This document shows positions 32,352 through 39,761 of a DNA stretch of 39,981 bases, piece by piece. Source of the stretch: a virus. The DNA is taken from IMG/VR virus record IMGVR_UViG_3300045391_002432. One strand, written 5' to 3'. How positions within the stretch are numbered: the stretch's first letter is position 1; each line of letters starts with the position of its first letter. The translations under genes and the position numbers were made by a program. Below the pieces are notes generated by a model, which was not told the DNA's origin, did not search any database, and saw nothing but the letters and a program-made list of their open reading frames with translations.

Positions 32352-32747
32352 ATGCCAGCCCGCAACCCGCGCACCGCAAACCTTCTGCTGGGCCGGCAGC
32401 ACGAGGAGACCATCAACCTTCTGGAGCATATCCACCGGCTGCTCCACGTCGTCCTTGAAAGGATCAACCACATGTCTGCCGTTACCGACCGCCTCGTCGC
32501 CTCCGTCGCTGCGCTCACCAGCGCCGAAAATTCCGCGATCACCCTGCTCGGCCAGCTGTCGCAGCTGATCCGCGACAACGCCGAGGACCCGACCGCCTTG
32601 AACAAGATCGCCGACGACATCGATGCCAACACGACCGCAATTGCCGCTGCCGTGGTGGCCAACACGCCGGCCACGCCGACCCCGCCGGCTGGCGGTGACA
32701 CCGGAACCGGTGGGGACACTGGTGGCTCGACCGGGGGACAGGTCTAA
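32352..32747 (+). CDS. Hypothetical protein with Ala-rich helical core and Gly/Thr-rich tail (131 aa)
   Basis: GAGGGGG lies upstream of ATG 32352. Third-position GC is high from the first codon. Confidence 0.5.
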   Translation: MPARNPRTANLLLGRQHEETINLLEHIHRLLHVVLERINHMSAVTDRLVASVAALTSAENSAITLLGQLSQLIRDNAEDPTALNKIADDIDANTTAIAAAVVANTPATPTPPAGGDTGTGGDTGGSTGGQV

Positions 32748-32785
32748 GCTACACAGAGCGAGTGAGTTAGGTTCCCCACCGACTG

Positions 32786-32824
32786 AAGAGGCCGGCGCTT
32801 GAGTTTCGCGCCGGCCTCTTTTTT
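32786..32824 (+). terminator. Intrinsic terminator ending the rightward recombination operon
   Basis: A 13-bp stem (32786..32798 with 32808..32820) encloses a 9-nt loop and is followed by a T-run. Confidence 0.75.
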
Positions 32825-32858
32825 CGTCCGAGCCGCACGTCGCGGCGATTGCTTGGCC

Positions 32859-32951
32859 TTAGTGAAGGTGAGACAGGCCGAGCGCCGCAAGGGTGAAGGC
32901 GCTGCCCAGCACCAGCCCCGTCACAAGCATCACCCACTCGCCCTTGGTCAT
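32859..32951 (-). CDS. Possible 30-aa hydrophobic peptide
   Basis: MTKGEWVMLVTGLVLGSAFTLAALGLSHLH. ATG 32951 forms an ATGA overlap with the stop of the 80-aa gene. Confidence 0.3.
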   Translation of the reverse strand: MTKGEWVMLVTGLVLGSAFTLAALGLSHLH

Positions 32952-33190
32952 GCCGGCCCCGCGCTCGATTGCGCGACCGCGATGAAGCGGATGAGGTCGG
33001 CCTCCTCCTTGTCGGTGATCCGGCGGGCCGGGCTCATGTGGCCCGGCCTCCACCCGGTCGGCTTGCGCAGCCAAATCGTCTGCCAGTTGTCGTCGCTGCT
33101 ATAGACCCGGCCGTCGACCATCTCGACAGTCTCGTGCTTGGCTTTGCACCGGGCGTTGAAGGCGTCGATGCGGTCGCGGTGAGGGCTCAT
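32948..33190 (-). CDS. Hypothetical protein (80 aa) coupled to the integrase gene
   Basis: ATG 33190 forms an ATGA overlap with the int stop. Confidence 0.5.
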   Translation of the reverse strand: MSPHRDRIDAFNARCKAKHETVEMVDGRVYSSDDNWQTIWLRKPTGWRPGHMSPARRITDKEEADLIRFIAVAQSSAGPA

Positions 33191-34461
33191 GCGGCCCTCC
33201 TGATCTGCTCGACGTTCGACTTGCCTTCGCAATAGTTCGCCCAGGCCTGCATGATCGCGCGACGCTTCTCGACCGCCGTGGCGCGGCGGTAGGCACCCTC
33301 AACCGCGTCGAGGCCGTGGGCGAGACAGAACTCCCGGTCCTCCTTGGCGAAGGTGGTCTCGTCGCCAACCCAGTCGGAGAAGGTTGACCGGAAGCCGTGG
33401 ACCGTGGCGCGGCCCTTGAGGCCGAGGCCTCCCTTCTTGACCGGGTCGGTGAGCTTGTCGCTGAAAGCGGTCGGGCCGACCGCCGAGCCCTCGCCCTTGC
33501 CGGTGAAAACGTAGTCGTTGCCAACGAGGCGCGGCACCGAGCGGAGCAGGTTGATGGCGGTGGTCGAGAGGGGGACGATGTGTTCGACGCCGGCCTTCAT
33601 CCGCTCAGCCGGGATCGCCCAGAGGCCCTTGTCCAGATCGATTTCGCTCCAACGGGCGAGGCGGGCCTCGTCGGTGCGGGTTGCGGTCAAGACCGTGAAG
33701 GCGAGGCCCTTAGACGCGGTGCCCTTGAGCGGCAGCAGCTTGGCCATGAAGGCCGGCACCTCGGCGTGAGGCAGAGCGGCGTGGCCTTCGGCCTTGGCCT
33801 TGGAGGCCTTCTTGCCCAGATGCTCGGCGAGGTAGCCGGCATAGACCGCCGGATTGGGGCCGGCGTGAGCGCCCTTGGCGATGGCGAGGTCGAGGACCTT
33901 CTCGATGCGATAGCGCACCCGCTCGGCGGTCGGGCCCTTGGCAACCCAGATCGGCTTGAGGACCGCAAGCACGTCATCGCGGGTGATCCGGCCGGCCTGC
34001 ATCGTGATCAGCTTCGGCGCATGCTTGGCAAGCGACAGCCGCCACTCTTTCTCCTGCGCGATTTCCTCGCCGTTGCCCTTCCAGTCCTTGGAAAGGGTCG
34101 CGAGCTTTTCGTCCAAGAGCGCGCCGAAGGTGACCGAGGCCAAACGGGCTTGCTGCTTGAAAGCGATGGGATCGATGCCGGCGGCGATCTGCACCCGCAC
34201 CGCGTCGGCGGCGAGGCGGGCCTGCGTCAGGGTGAGCGAAAGGGTTGAGCCCGCGCCGGTCGCCGAGCCGAGGCCAAGCTCGCGCTGCCGGCCGTTGGCC
34301 TGCCAAAGGTAAACCCAGCTTTTCGCGCCGGTCGCCGAGACGTTGAGATAAAGGTTGCGGGCGTCGGCGTAGCGGCCGGGTGCCGGGTTCTTGCTCTTGA
34401 GGGCCGAGGCAAGCCGCGAGGCGCGGTCGGCGGGCGAGAGCTTTGCGTGAGCGGTTTTCAT
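33187..34461 (-). CDS. int: Tyrosine integrase, P4-like with DUF4102-type N-terminal arm-binding domain
   Basis: The N-terminus reads GRYADARNLYLNVSATGAKSWVYLW. The catalytic region carries HGFRSTFSDW and LAHGLDAVEGAYRR. SD AAGGAAGA lies upstream of ATG 34461. Confidence 0.9.
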   Translation of the reverse strand: MKTAHAKLSPADRASRLASALKSKNPAPGRYADARNLYLNVSATGAKSWVYLWQANGRQRELGLGSATGAGSTLSLTLTQARLAADAVRVQIAAGIDPIAFKQQARLASVTFGALLDEKLATLSKDWKGNGEEIAQEKEWRLSLAKHAPKLITMQAGRITRDDVLAVLKPIWVAKGPTAERVRYRIEKVLDLAIAKGAHAGPNPAVYAGYLAEHLGKKASKAKAEGHAALPHAEVPAFMAKLLPLKGTASKGLAFTVLTATRTDEARLARWSEIDLDKGLWAIPAERMKAGVEHIVPLSTTAINLLRSVPRLVGNDYVFTGKGEGSAVGPTAFSDKLTDPVKKGGLGLKGRATVHGFRSTFSDWVGDETTFAKEDREFCLAHGLDAVEGAYRRATAVEKRRAIMQAWANYCEGKSNVEQIRRAA

Positions 34462-34755
34462 TGAGGCGTCTTCCTTGTAAGAGCGTGTAAGGGTGGTTCC
34501 CAAGCCCTAGACGTTTCCCTAGACCGAAACGCCTACTGCTGCTTACAAGAATTAAACCCGGCTTATGGAGAAGTCAACGTTTGTGGCCCTTTCAGCGTTA
34601 TTATTTAACCCAGCTTACCGTCACTTACTCCCCCCTATCGGAGGAGATGTCCGATAGTTTGTCCGACATCGCATTGTTTTCCTTGCATAAAAGTTGGAAA
34701 CTCTAAGCCTTCCCCAGAGCCGTCCCCGGTCGCACAATATCCAGCCCGGTTGAAC
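34462..34755. other. Putative attP / integrase control region
   Basis: A low-GC non-coding stretch next to int. It contains direct CCCTAGAC repeats (34505 and 34517), the inverted repeat ctatcgga/tccgatag (34635..34657) and a duplicated TGTCCGA. The core was not identified. Confidence 0.4.
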
Positions 34756-34790
34756 AAAAAAAGGGCCGGCGTTGGCGGCCGGCCCTTTTT
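34756..34790. terminator. Bidirectional intrinsic terminator
   Basis: A7, then gggccggc, a 7-nt loop, gccggccc, then T5. Confidence 0.7.
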
Positions 34791-34810
34791 CGAAAGGGGG
34801 TGTGCGACAA

Positions 34811-34954
34811 TTAGGCTGCGTCGTCCTTGAAGGTCAGCCCTCGCTGATAGTCGCGGATCAGGTCGCTGAGCCACGCGGCCGGCTTCTTGCCCTCGCGCTT
34901 CGCGAGCGCCTGCAAGAGCTTTTCGGCATTGTCATCGATGCGGTGAACGGCCAT
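34811..34954 (-). CDS. Possible ribbon-helix-helix (CopG/Arc-like) protein (47 aa), absent from the ORF track
   Basis: My own translation gives MAVHRIDDNAEKLLQALAKREGKKPAAWLSDLIRDYQRGLTFKDDAA, which reads as strand-helix-helix. The start is 4 nt after the upstream stop, and the terminator follows. Confidence 0.45.
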   Translation of the reverse strand: MAVHRIDDNAEKLLQALAKREGKKPAAWLSDLIRDYQRGLTFKDDAA

Positions 34955-34958
34955 CGGA

Positions 34959-35513
34959 TCAGGCCGCCGCCTTGGTGCCGAAGTACCGGGTCACCCGGCC
35001 TTCCTTTTCCTGCCTGAGCGTCAGGCCGGCCGACCGGGCGACCGCCGGGACCGACACCGCCGGCCACTGGGTCAGGTCAAGGATGTCTTTCGAGGTCGCG
35101 CCCTCGGGGCGCAGCAGGAGTTCGGCGGCAAGCTGGTTTTTGCTCGGGCCGCCAGCGCGAGGGGCGCGGGCCTTTTTGGCGCTCTTGCCGGCCTCGTAAA
35201 CCCGGCTGAGCAGATCGCGCATGTAGGTGTCGCTGCGGGTGTCGCTCGCAATGAACTCGGCGAAGAAGACCTCGATAGGGTCGACTGCCGGGGTGGTCTC
35301 AGTCATCGGCTTGTCCTTCCTTGGCTTGGCGGCCTTGGCGGCCTTCGGAGCGGCGGCCGGCTTTTCGGCCTTCGCCTTTGCCGGCTTCGCAGCCTTGGCG
35401 GCCTTGGCCGGCTTGGCGGCCTTCTTCGCCTTCGCCTTTGCCGGGGCGGCGAGGTCGCCGCTGGCAATCGCTTCGAGGATGCTGAGGCCGGTGGTTTCGG
35501 TTGCGGTGGTCAT
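34959..35513 (-). CDS. Protein with histone-H1-like Lys/Ala/Pro repeats and a DUF3489-like C-terminal winged helix (184 aa)
   Basis: SD AAGGAAGG lies upstream of ATG 35513. AKAKKAAKPAKAAKAAKPAKAKAEKPAAAPKAAKAAKPRK is encoded at 35310..35450. The C-terminus (RPEGATSKDILDLTQWPAVSVPAVARSAGLTLRQEKEGRVTRY) resembles DUF3489. Confidence 0.6.
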   Translation of the reverse strand: MTTATETTGLSILEAIASGDLAAPAKAKAKKAAKPAKAAKAAKPAKAKAEKPAAAPKAAKAAKPRKDKPMTETTPAVDPIEVFFAEFIASDTRSDTYMRDLLSRVYEAGKSAKKARAPRAGGPSKNQLAAELLLRPEGATSKDILDLTQWPAVSVPAVARSAGLTLRQEKEGRVTRYFGTKAAA

Positions 35514-35611
35514 GGGTAGAGCCCTTCCTTTAAGGTGCTGTTTCCGCTCGGGAAATCGAGCGTGGCACACATCGCTCCACTGCGCGCACGACGCAAGTCC
35601 TGTTCTGAGGC

Positions 35612-36034
35612 CTATTTCGGCGCGGACGACTGGGTGGCCTTAATCTCTTGAGCCGTCTGGTTCACCAGCGCGATCTGCGTCGAGATTGCCGACAATTGCG
35701 TGTTGATGTCGGCAAAGCGGTTTGCATAGCTCTCGGCCAGCCGGTTCATGCGGATGTCGACATTCTCGATGGCCTTTTCGTTCTGGGCCACCCGATAGTC
35801 CAGCTGATCCATTTTGGCGTCAGAACGCTCAAGCAACGTCATGCGGGCCTCCATCGCGCCGAACTGGGTGTTCAGGCTCTCGATGTTGCGGGCGTTTTGC
35901 TCGCGACCCGTGCGAAGCTCGGCGAGGGTGTAGCCCCACGCCATGAAGCCGCCGACGAAGCCGCAGACCACGGCAAGCGTGTTGATGTTCCATTCCCACT
36001 TGAAGGTGGGACGGGGGACGCCGCTGTCAGGCAT
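35612..36034 (-). CDS. N-terminally membrane-anchored coiled-coil protein (140 aa); an i-spanin-like or other lysis/exclusion role is possible
   Basis: The TM segment is LAVVCGFVGGFMAWGYTLA, followed by about 100 aa of heptad-like sequence. SD GAGGA lies 6 nt upstream of ATG 36034. Confidence 0.55.
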   Translation of the reverse strand: MPDSGVPRPTFKWEWNINTLAVVCGFVGGFMAWGYTLAELRTGREQNARNIESLNTQFGAMEARMTLLERSDAKMDQLDYRVAQNEKAIENVDIRMNRLAESYANRFADINTQLSAISTQIALVNQTAQEIKATQSSAPK

Positions 36035-36043
36035 CGCATGTCC

Positions 36044-36268
36044 TCATTTGCCGACACTGGCAGGGGTGACGGTCGGCGTGAACCACGTCTTGATCACCCA
36101 TGTGATGATGGCCTGGGCCGCCTGAATGCCGGCCACGACCTCGGCCTGCACCTCGGGCGGAATGTTGATGCCGAAGATCACCAGAACGCTCGCAGCGAGG
36201 GCGAGCGCCTGCGTCCAGTTGACCTTCGAAAACCAAGCCGATTTCACTTCAACGGTTGCGGTAGCCAT
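36044..36268 (-). CDS. Holin-like small membrane protein with two hydrophobic segments (74 aa)
   Basis: The hydrophobic segments are WTQALALAASVLVIFGINI and VVAGIQAAQAIITWVIKTWF. A strong SD lies upstream of ATG 36268. It directly follows the fibre genes. Confidence 0.5.
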   Translation of the reverse strand: MATATVEVKSAWFSKVNWTQALALAASVLVIFGINIPPEVQAEVVAGIQAAQAIITWVIKTWFTPTVTPASVGK

Positions 36269-36284
36269 GGCTCTGCTTCCTTTC

Positions 36285-37265
36285 CTATGACCAATATGTG
36301 GTCAGTTTGATCACCGGCCAGATGGTGCCCGAGGCCGCCTTAGGTCCGAACAGAGACCCGGTGGTGAGGTTGACATAAAAGTCACCAACGACGCCGTTGC
36401 CGGCGACCGGGTCGACGGTGCCGGAAATGAGGTTGATGGCATCGAGGCCGGGATCGCCCTGCGGGCCCTGAGGTCCAACGGGGCCAGCCGGGCCGACCGG
36501 ACCTGCGGGGCCGACCGCTCCGGTGTCGCCCGTGTCGCCCTTGATGCCCTGCGGGCCTTGCGGCCCGACCGGGCCGGTCGCGCCGGTCGGTCCAGTTGCG
36601 CCGGTCGGGCCGACCGGACCTTGGATGCCCTGAATGCCCTGCGGGCCTTGGACACCTTGGACGCCCTGCACACCCTGCGCGCCAACGTCGCCGCGCGGGA
36701 TCACGAAGCTGATCACCTGATTAGGAGCGACCCCGGTGATGGTCGCCGTGGCGGCCGAGCCCGGCGCGCCGGTCGTGATCGTGCCGATGGTCAGCACATT
36801 GGCCGGGCCGGGAACGCCCTGATCGCCTTGCGGACCTTGCGGACCCTGCGGGCCGACCGGGCCGATGACGGTAGGCACCTGAATGGGGGCGAGCGGGCTC
36901 GTCTCGCCATAGGCGGCGGCGCTGAGCATCAGTACGCCCTTGGCAAGCAATCCTACGGCCACAGGCGGGTCCTCAGGGTTGTCGGCGACGCGGCGCTGGT
37001 AAAGCTCAACCGTGTAGCCGTTGGGGTCTGTGAGGGCGCTGCCGGGCACGGTGACGGCTCCGACGCTGTCGACGTCATAAGCGCCGATCCTGCCGGTGCT
37101 GCGCTGCAAGAGCGTCAGCTGCGGCAGCAGGGTTGCCGGGTCGACCGGGTCGCGCCCTTGCGTCAGGAACGTCAGGTCGAGGTCGAGGTCGACGCCGGCC
37201 GCCGCGCGAACGGACAGCAGGGCCGGCTCGATCTTTGAGACGACGACGGTGCGGGCGAGACCCAT
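36285..37265 (-). CDS. Collagen-like (Gly-X-Y repeat) tail fibre protein (326 aa)
   Basis: GAGGAGG lies 6 nt upstream of ATG 37265. Gly-X-Y runs are encoded at 36804..36863 ([20 protein letters not shown]) and 36447..36692 (about 27 triplets). The track ORF extension to 37826 is shadow. Confidence 0.8.
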   Translation of the reverse strand: MGLARTVVVSKIEPALLSVRAAAGVDLDLDLTFLTQGRDPVDPATLLPQLTLLQRSTGRIGAYDVDSVGAVTVPGSALTDPNGYTVELYQRRVADNPEDPPVAVGLLAKGVLMLSAAAYGETSPLAPIQVPTVIGPVGPQGPQGPQGDQGVPGPANVLTIGTITTGAPGSAATATITGVAPNQVISFVIPRGDVGAQGVQGVQGVQGPQGIQGIQGPVGPTGATGPTGATGPVGPQGPQGIKGDTGDTGAVGPAGPVGPAGPVGPQGPQGDPGLDAINLISGTVDPVAGNGVVGDFYVNLTTGSLFGPKAASGTIWPVIKLTTYWS

Positions 37266-37275
37266 GTAGACCTCC

Positions 37276-37599
37276 TCAGGGCAGAGTGGCGTAGGCGTTG
37301 GCGCGAGCGTCCCAGATCGAGCCCAGGACGAACTCGATGTCCCCGTCGGGCACCGCGTCGCCGCCGTTGGCCTCGATGTTCTGCGAAATCGTGGCGTTCG
37401 AGGCCACGAGATGCAGGGCGAGCAGCAGCGCCTTGTCGTTGCCGGTGACCACGCGCCCCGCATAGGCGACGCGGACGGCGTGGTTGGCCGTCGCCGGGTC
37501 TTCGGAGGCCACCTGCTGGGCGACCTTGAGCGCGATGAAGGCGACGCGGGTGTAGAACGTCGGGTTGCTCGCGGCGGCGATGATGTCCTTAGTTGCCAT
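37276..37599 (-). CDS. Hypothetical tail-module protein (107 aa)
   Basis: GGGAGAA lies upstream of ATG 37599. Third-position GC is high. Confidence 0.55.
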   Translation of the reverse strand: MATKDIIAAASNPTFYTRVAFIALKVAQQVASEDPATANHAVRVAYAGRVVTGNDKALLLALHLVASNATISQNIEANGGDAVPDGDIEFVLGSIWDARANAYATLP

Positions 37600-37909
37600 T
37601 GTAGATTTCTCCCAAGGTTGGGCCGCCGAACAGGTCGTCGGGGGCGCTGAGGATTTGCTGGTCGATCTGCGACGTGTCGATGGGCGCGGCGTTGTAGACG
37701 ACGGTCGGAACGCCGTCGATCAGCTGGACCTCTTGCGAATAGGCTCCAGCCGGCGGCGCAGGCACGACGATGGTGGCGAGCCGGTAGTCCTCGAAGGTCC
37801 AGCCGTCCATTGCCGGCGAGACCCACACGCCGGCCTCGGCGATTTGCAGAGTGTCGCCCTCAGGCACGGCGTCGTTGACGATGGCGTCGGCTTTGATCAG
37901 TGCAAGCAT
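37589..37909 (-). CDS. Hypothetical tail-module protein (106 aa), possibly a fibre assembly factor
   Basis: AGGAGGA lies 5 nt upstream of ATG 37909. It overlaps the next gene by 11 nt. Confidence 0.55.
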   Translation of the reverse strand: MLALIKADAIVNDAVPEGDTLQIAEAGVWVSPAMDGWTFEDYRLATIVVPAPPAGAYSQEVQLIDGVPTVVYNAAPIDTSQIDQQILSAPDDLFGGPTLGEIYNGN

Positions 37910-37919
37910 TTTGGTCCTC

Positions 37920-38600
37920 CTATGTGCCGCGCAGGGCGATTGTCGCGCCGCAGTTGCCGTTGCCGGTGCCTGCGCCGCTGAATGTGAAGACGCCGGGGTC
38001 TTCCGAGGCGAGCTTGGCATTCTTGTGCGCGATGGCGGCGGCGAGGTCGTCGGACCCCACTCCGGCGGTGAGCGAACTCACCTCACTATAGCCGGCAGGG
38101 CCACTGCTGAGCGAGTTGGCGTTGGACTGCAACGACGCCACGGCAATGAACCGGGTTTTCTTGGTCGTGCCCCACGAGGGCGAGACGTTTGGCGGATTAA
38201 CGGTAGGACCACCAGAGGCGAGCATCGGGCCAGACACCGCCTCGACGCCGAAGCAGCCCGTATAGCGTCCGATCCAGACCGCCCAGCCGCGCTGGACGCC
38301 CGACGACAGCGACGGGTTGGTGTCGGAGCCGGTCGCGGTCTTGGTGTAGATCGCGACGGTTGATGCGCCAGCGGCGGATGGAGGGGCGGCCACAAGGGTC
38401 CAGCCGCTCGGGGTGGAAGGGGCTGTGGCGGTGATGGCGCAGCAGGCGATCATCAGCAGCGTCTCGCCGGCCACAATGCCCGCCGGCAAGGTCGCGGTGA
38501 CGCCGGAAGAGGCGGTCGAATAGGTGGTCTGGTAAGCACCTTGGAGTGCCGGCCACTTGCCTCGGTTCCCGCCGTTAAATGGCATGAGGGGAAGGCCCAT
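37920..38600 (-). CDS. Tail-module protein of unknown function (226 aa), candidate distal/receptor-binding component
   Basis: ATG 38600 lies 2 nt after the fibre gene stop. The protein is Ser/Thr/Gly/Ala-rich and beta-like. The track extension to 38897 is shadow. Confidence 0.55.
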   Translation of the reverse strand: MGLPLMPFNGGNRGKWPALQGAYQTTYSTASSGVTATLPAGIVAGETLLMIACCAITATAPSTPSGWTLVAAPPSAAGASTVAIYTKTATGSDTNPSLSSGVQRGWAVWIGRYTGCFGVEAVSGPMLASGGPTVNPPNVSPSWGTTKKTRFIAVASLQSNANSLSSGPAGYSEVSSLTAGVGSDDLAAAIAHKNAKLASEDPGVFTFSGAGTGNGNCGATIALRGT

Positions 38601-38602
38601 GA

Positions 38603-39685
38603 TCACATCGCCTGAATGTTGAGGTGCCGGTAGCCGCCCATGTGGACGATGGTGCACAGGAAGATCGCGTTCGCGGTCGTGTTGAAGCTGTCGCCCGTGA
38701 TCCAGCTCCAGTTGGTGAGCGTGATCGCGCCGGCACCCGCAGCCGCGTTGGTGATGAAGACGATCAGCGTGTAGGCCTTGCTGCCGTCGAGGTCGGCAGA
38801 CATGGTGAAAGCGCCGTTGTTGGTGGCGGCGCGAATGTTGCCGCCCGCCGCCGTCGGCGTGTAGATGGTGCCCGACCTGTTGCCGTCGTTGGTCCACGCC
38901 GCCATGGCGAAGCCAGCCGCGCCAATCGACAGATTGTCGGCGCTGTTTTCGAGGTAGCGGGCATCGAGCAGCGACGTGTAGTTGCCCATGTGAAGGATTT
39001 CATAGGCGTTCGCGCCCGCCGACCAGCCGCCGACCTTCCACTTGTTGTCAGTGTCGAGGCCGAGGTAGGCGGCATAAGCGCCGGGGCGGTGGAAGACCAT
39101 CATGGCCGCGCCGGTGCCGTTGCCGATCACCATGATTTCGCCGAGGCCCGAGGTTGCGGTGCCAATGCCGCTGTTGCCGGTGACGCTGCCGAAGGTCTGC
39201 TGAGCGCTCCAGGTGGACGTCTGCTCAAGTGCGGGGAACGTGAGGGTCGTCGAGACGAGCTTGTACTTCCACTTGCCGGTGGCGACATCGGGCCAGAAAT
39301 CGCCCGTGACAGGCGCGGTCGGGTTGGCCGTTGGCACCGGCAGATTTGCAGGGGCCGAGCCCGCCACGCCGGTCGGCAGCGTCACCTTGCCGGTGAAGGT
39401 CGGCGAGGCCTTGGGCGCGGCGAGCGCGTCGGCGGTGTCGACGTAGGTCTTGGTCGCCGCGTCGGTGCCCACGGTCGGTGCGCCGAGGTTGACCAGCTTT
39501 TTGCCGTTCATCGGAATGTTGGCGGTCGGCTGGCTCTGGCCGTCCTTGGTCAGGGTGTTCGACAAGCCGGCAGCGAAGTTGTCGTCCTCGTTGTCGTGCC
39601 GGTCGGCCTTGATCTTAATCCCGGCCGCCGCGTCGTTCACCCAGTTCATCACGCGGTTGAAAGTGCCGCTACCGTCAAAGGGCAT
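38603..39685 (-). CDS. Tail fibre protein (360 aa)
   Basis: AGGAGG lies 6 nt upstream of ATG 39685. The N-terminus (MPFDGSGTFNRVMNWVNDAAAGIKIKADRHDNEDDNFAAGLSNTLTKDGQ...KKLVNLGAPTVGTDAATKTYVD) is the conserved fibre opening. Later comes FHRPGAYAAYLGLDTDNKWKVGGWS. Confidence 0.8.
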   Translation of the reverse strand: MPFDGSGTFNRVMNWVNDAAAGIKIKADRHDNEDDNFAAGLSNTLTKDGQSQPTANIPMNGKKLVNLGAPTVGTDAATKTYVDTADALAAPKASPTFTGKVTLPTGVAGSAPANLPVPTANPTAPVTGDFWPDVATGKWKYKLVSTTLTFPALEQTSTWSAQQTFGSVTGNSGIGTATSGLGEIMVIGNGTGAAMMVFHRPGAYAAYLGLDTDNKWKVGGWSAGANAYEILHMGNYTSLLDARYLENSADNLSIGAAGFAMAAWTNDGNRSGTIYTPTAAGGNIRAATNNGAFTMSADLDGSKAYTLIVFITNAAAGAGAITLTNWSWITGDSFNTTANAIFLCTIVHMGGYRHLNIQAM

Positions 39686-39707
39686 AGGTGCCTCCTGCAA
39701 TGGACTT

Positions 39708-39758
39708 GAAGCCTCGTTTCAGTCCCGCTATGTTCAGGGCTTGAAACGAAGGGGCTTC
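39708..39758. promoter_or_regulatory. Imperfect long hairpin upstream of the fibre gene
   Basis: gaagcctcgtttca (39708..39721) pairs with tgaaacga-agg-ggcttc (39742..39758) as 8 bp + bulge + 6 bp, with a 20-nt loop. Confidence 0.35.
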
Positions 39759-39761
39759 GAC

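Noticed and set aside
33397-34248. A 283-aa plus-strand ORF inside the integrase gene
   Set aside because: It is antisense to an integrase with clear catalytic motifs.
34462-34810. A tRNA gene or tRNA 3'-fragment as the attP core
   Set aside because: No GGTTCGAATCC-type T-arm with an adjacent acceptor stem was found on either strand. GGTTCCCAAGCC at about 34495 does not fold as a T-arm and lies in the int 5' region.
35612-36057. An embedded o-spanin (Rz1-like lipoprotein) inside or after the 140-aa coiled-coil gene, including the track ORF 35872..36057
   Set aside because: I translated both alternative minus-strand frames. No signal peptide plus lipobox (L-x-x-C) was present. The 61-aa ORF begins MRCLTAASP and is Ser/Pro/Ala shadow.
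37266-37826. The upstream extension of the collagen-like fibre ORF (513-aa version), and likewise 38601..38897 for the 226-aa gene
   Set aside because: The extensions are Arg/Pro-rich and run through neighbouring genes in other frames. Internal ATGs at 37265 and 38600 have SD or tight-junction support.
36285-39685. A diversity-generating retroelement near the fibre genes
   Set aside because: No ORF in the window shows reverse-transcriptase motifs, and I saw no template/variable repeat pair by eye. A dot-plot would be needed to exclude it fully.
38624-39709. A 361-aa plus-strand ORF across the tail fibre gene
   Set aside because: It is antisense to a fibre gene with a conserved N-terminus and a strong SD, and it has Arg/Gly-rich shadow composition.
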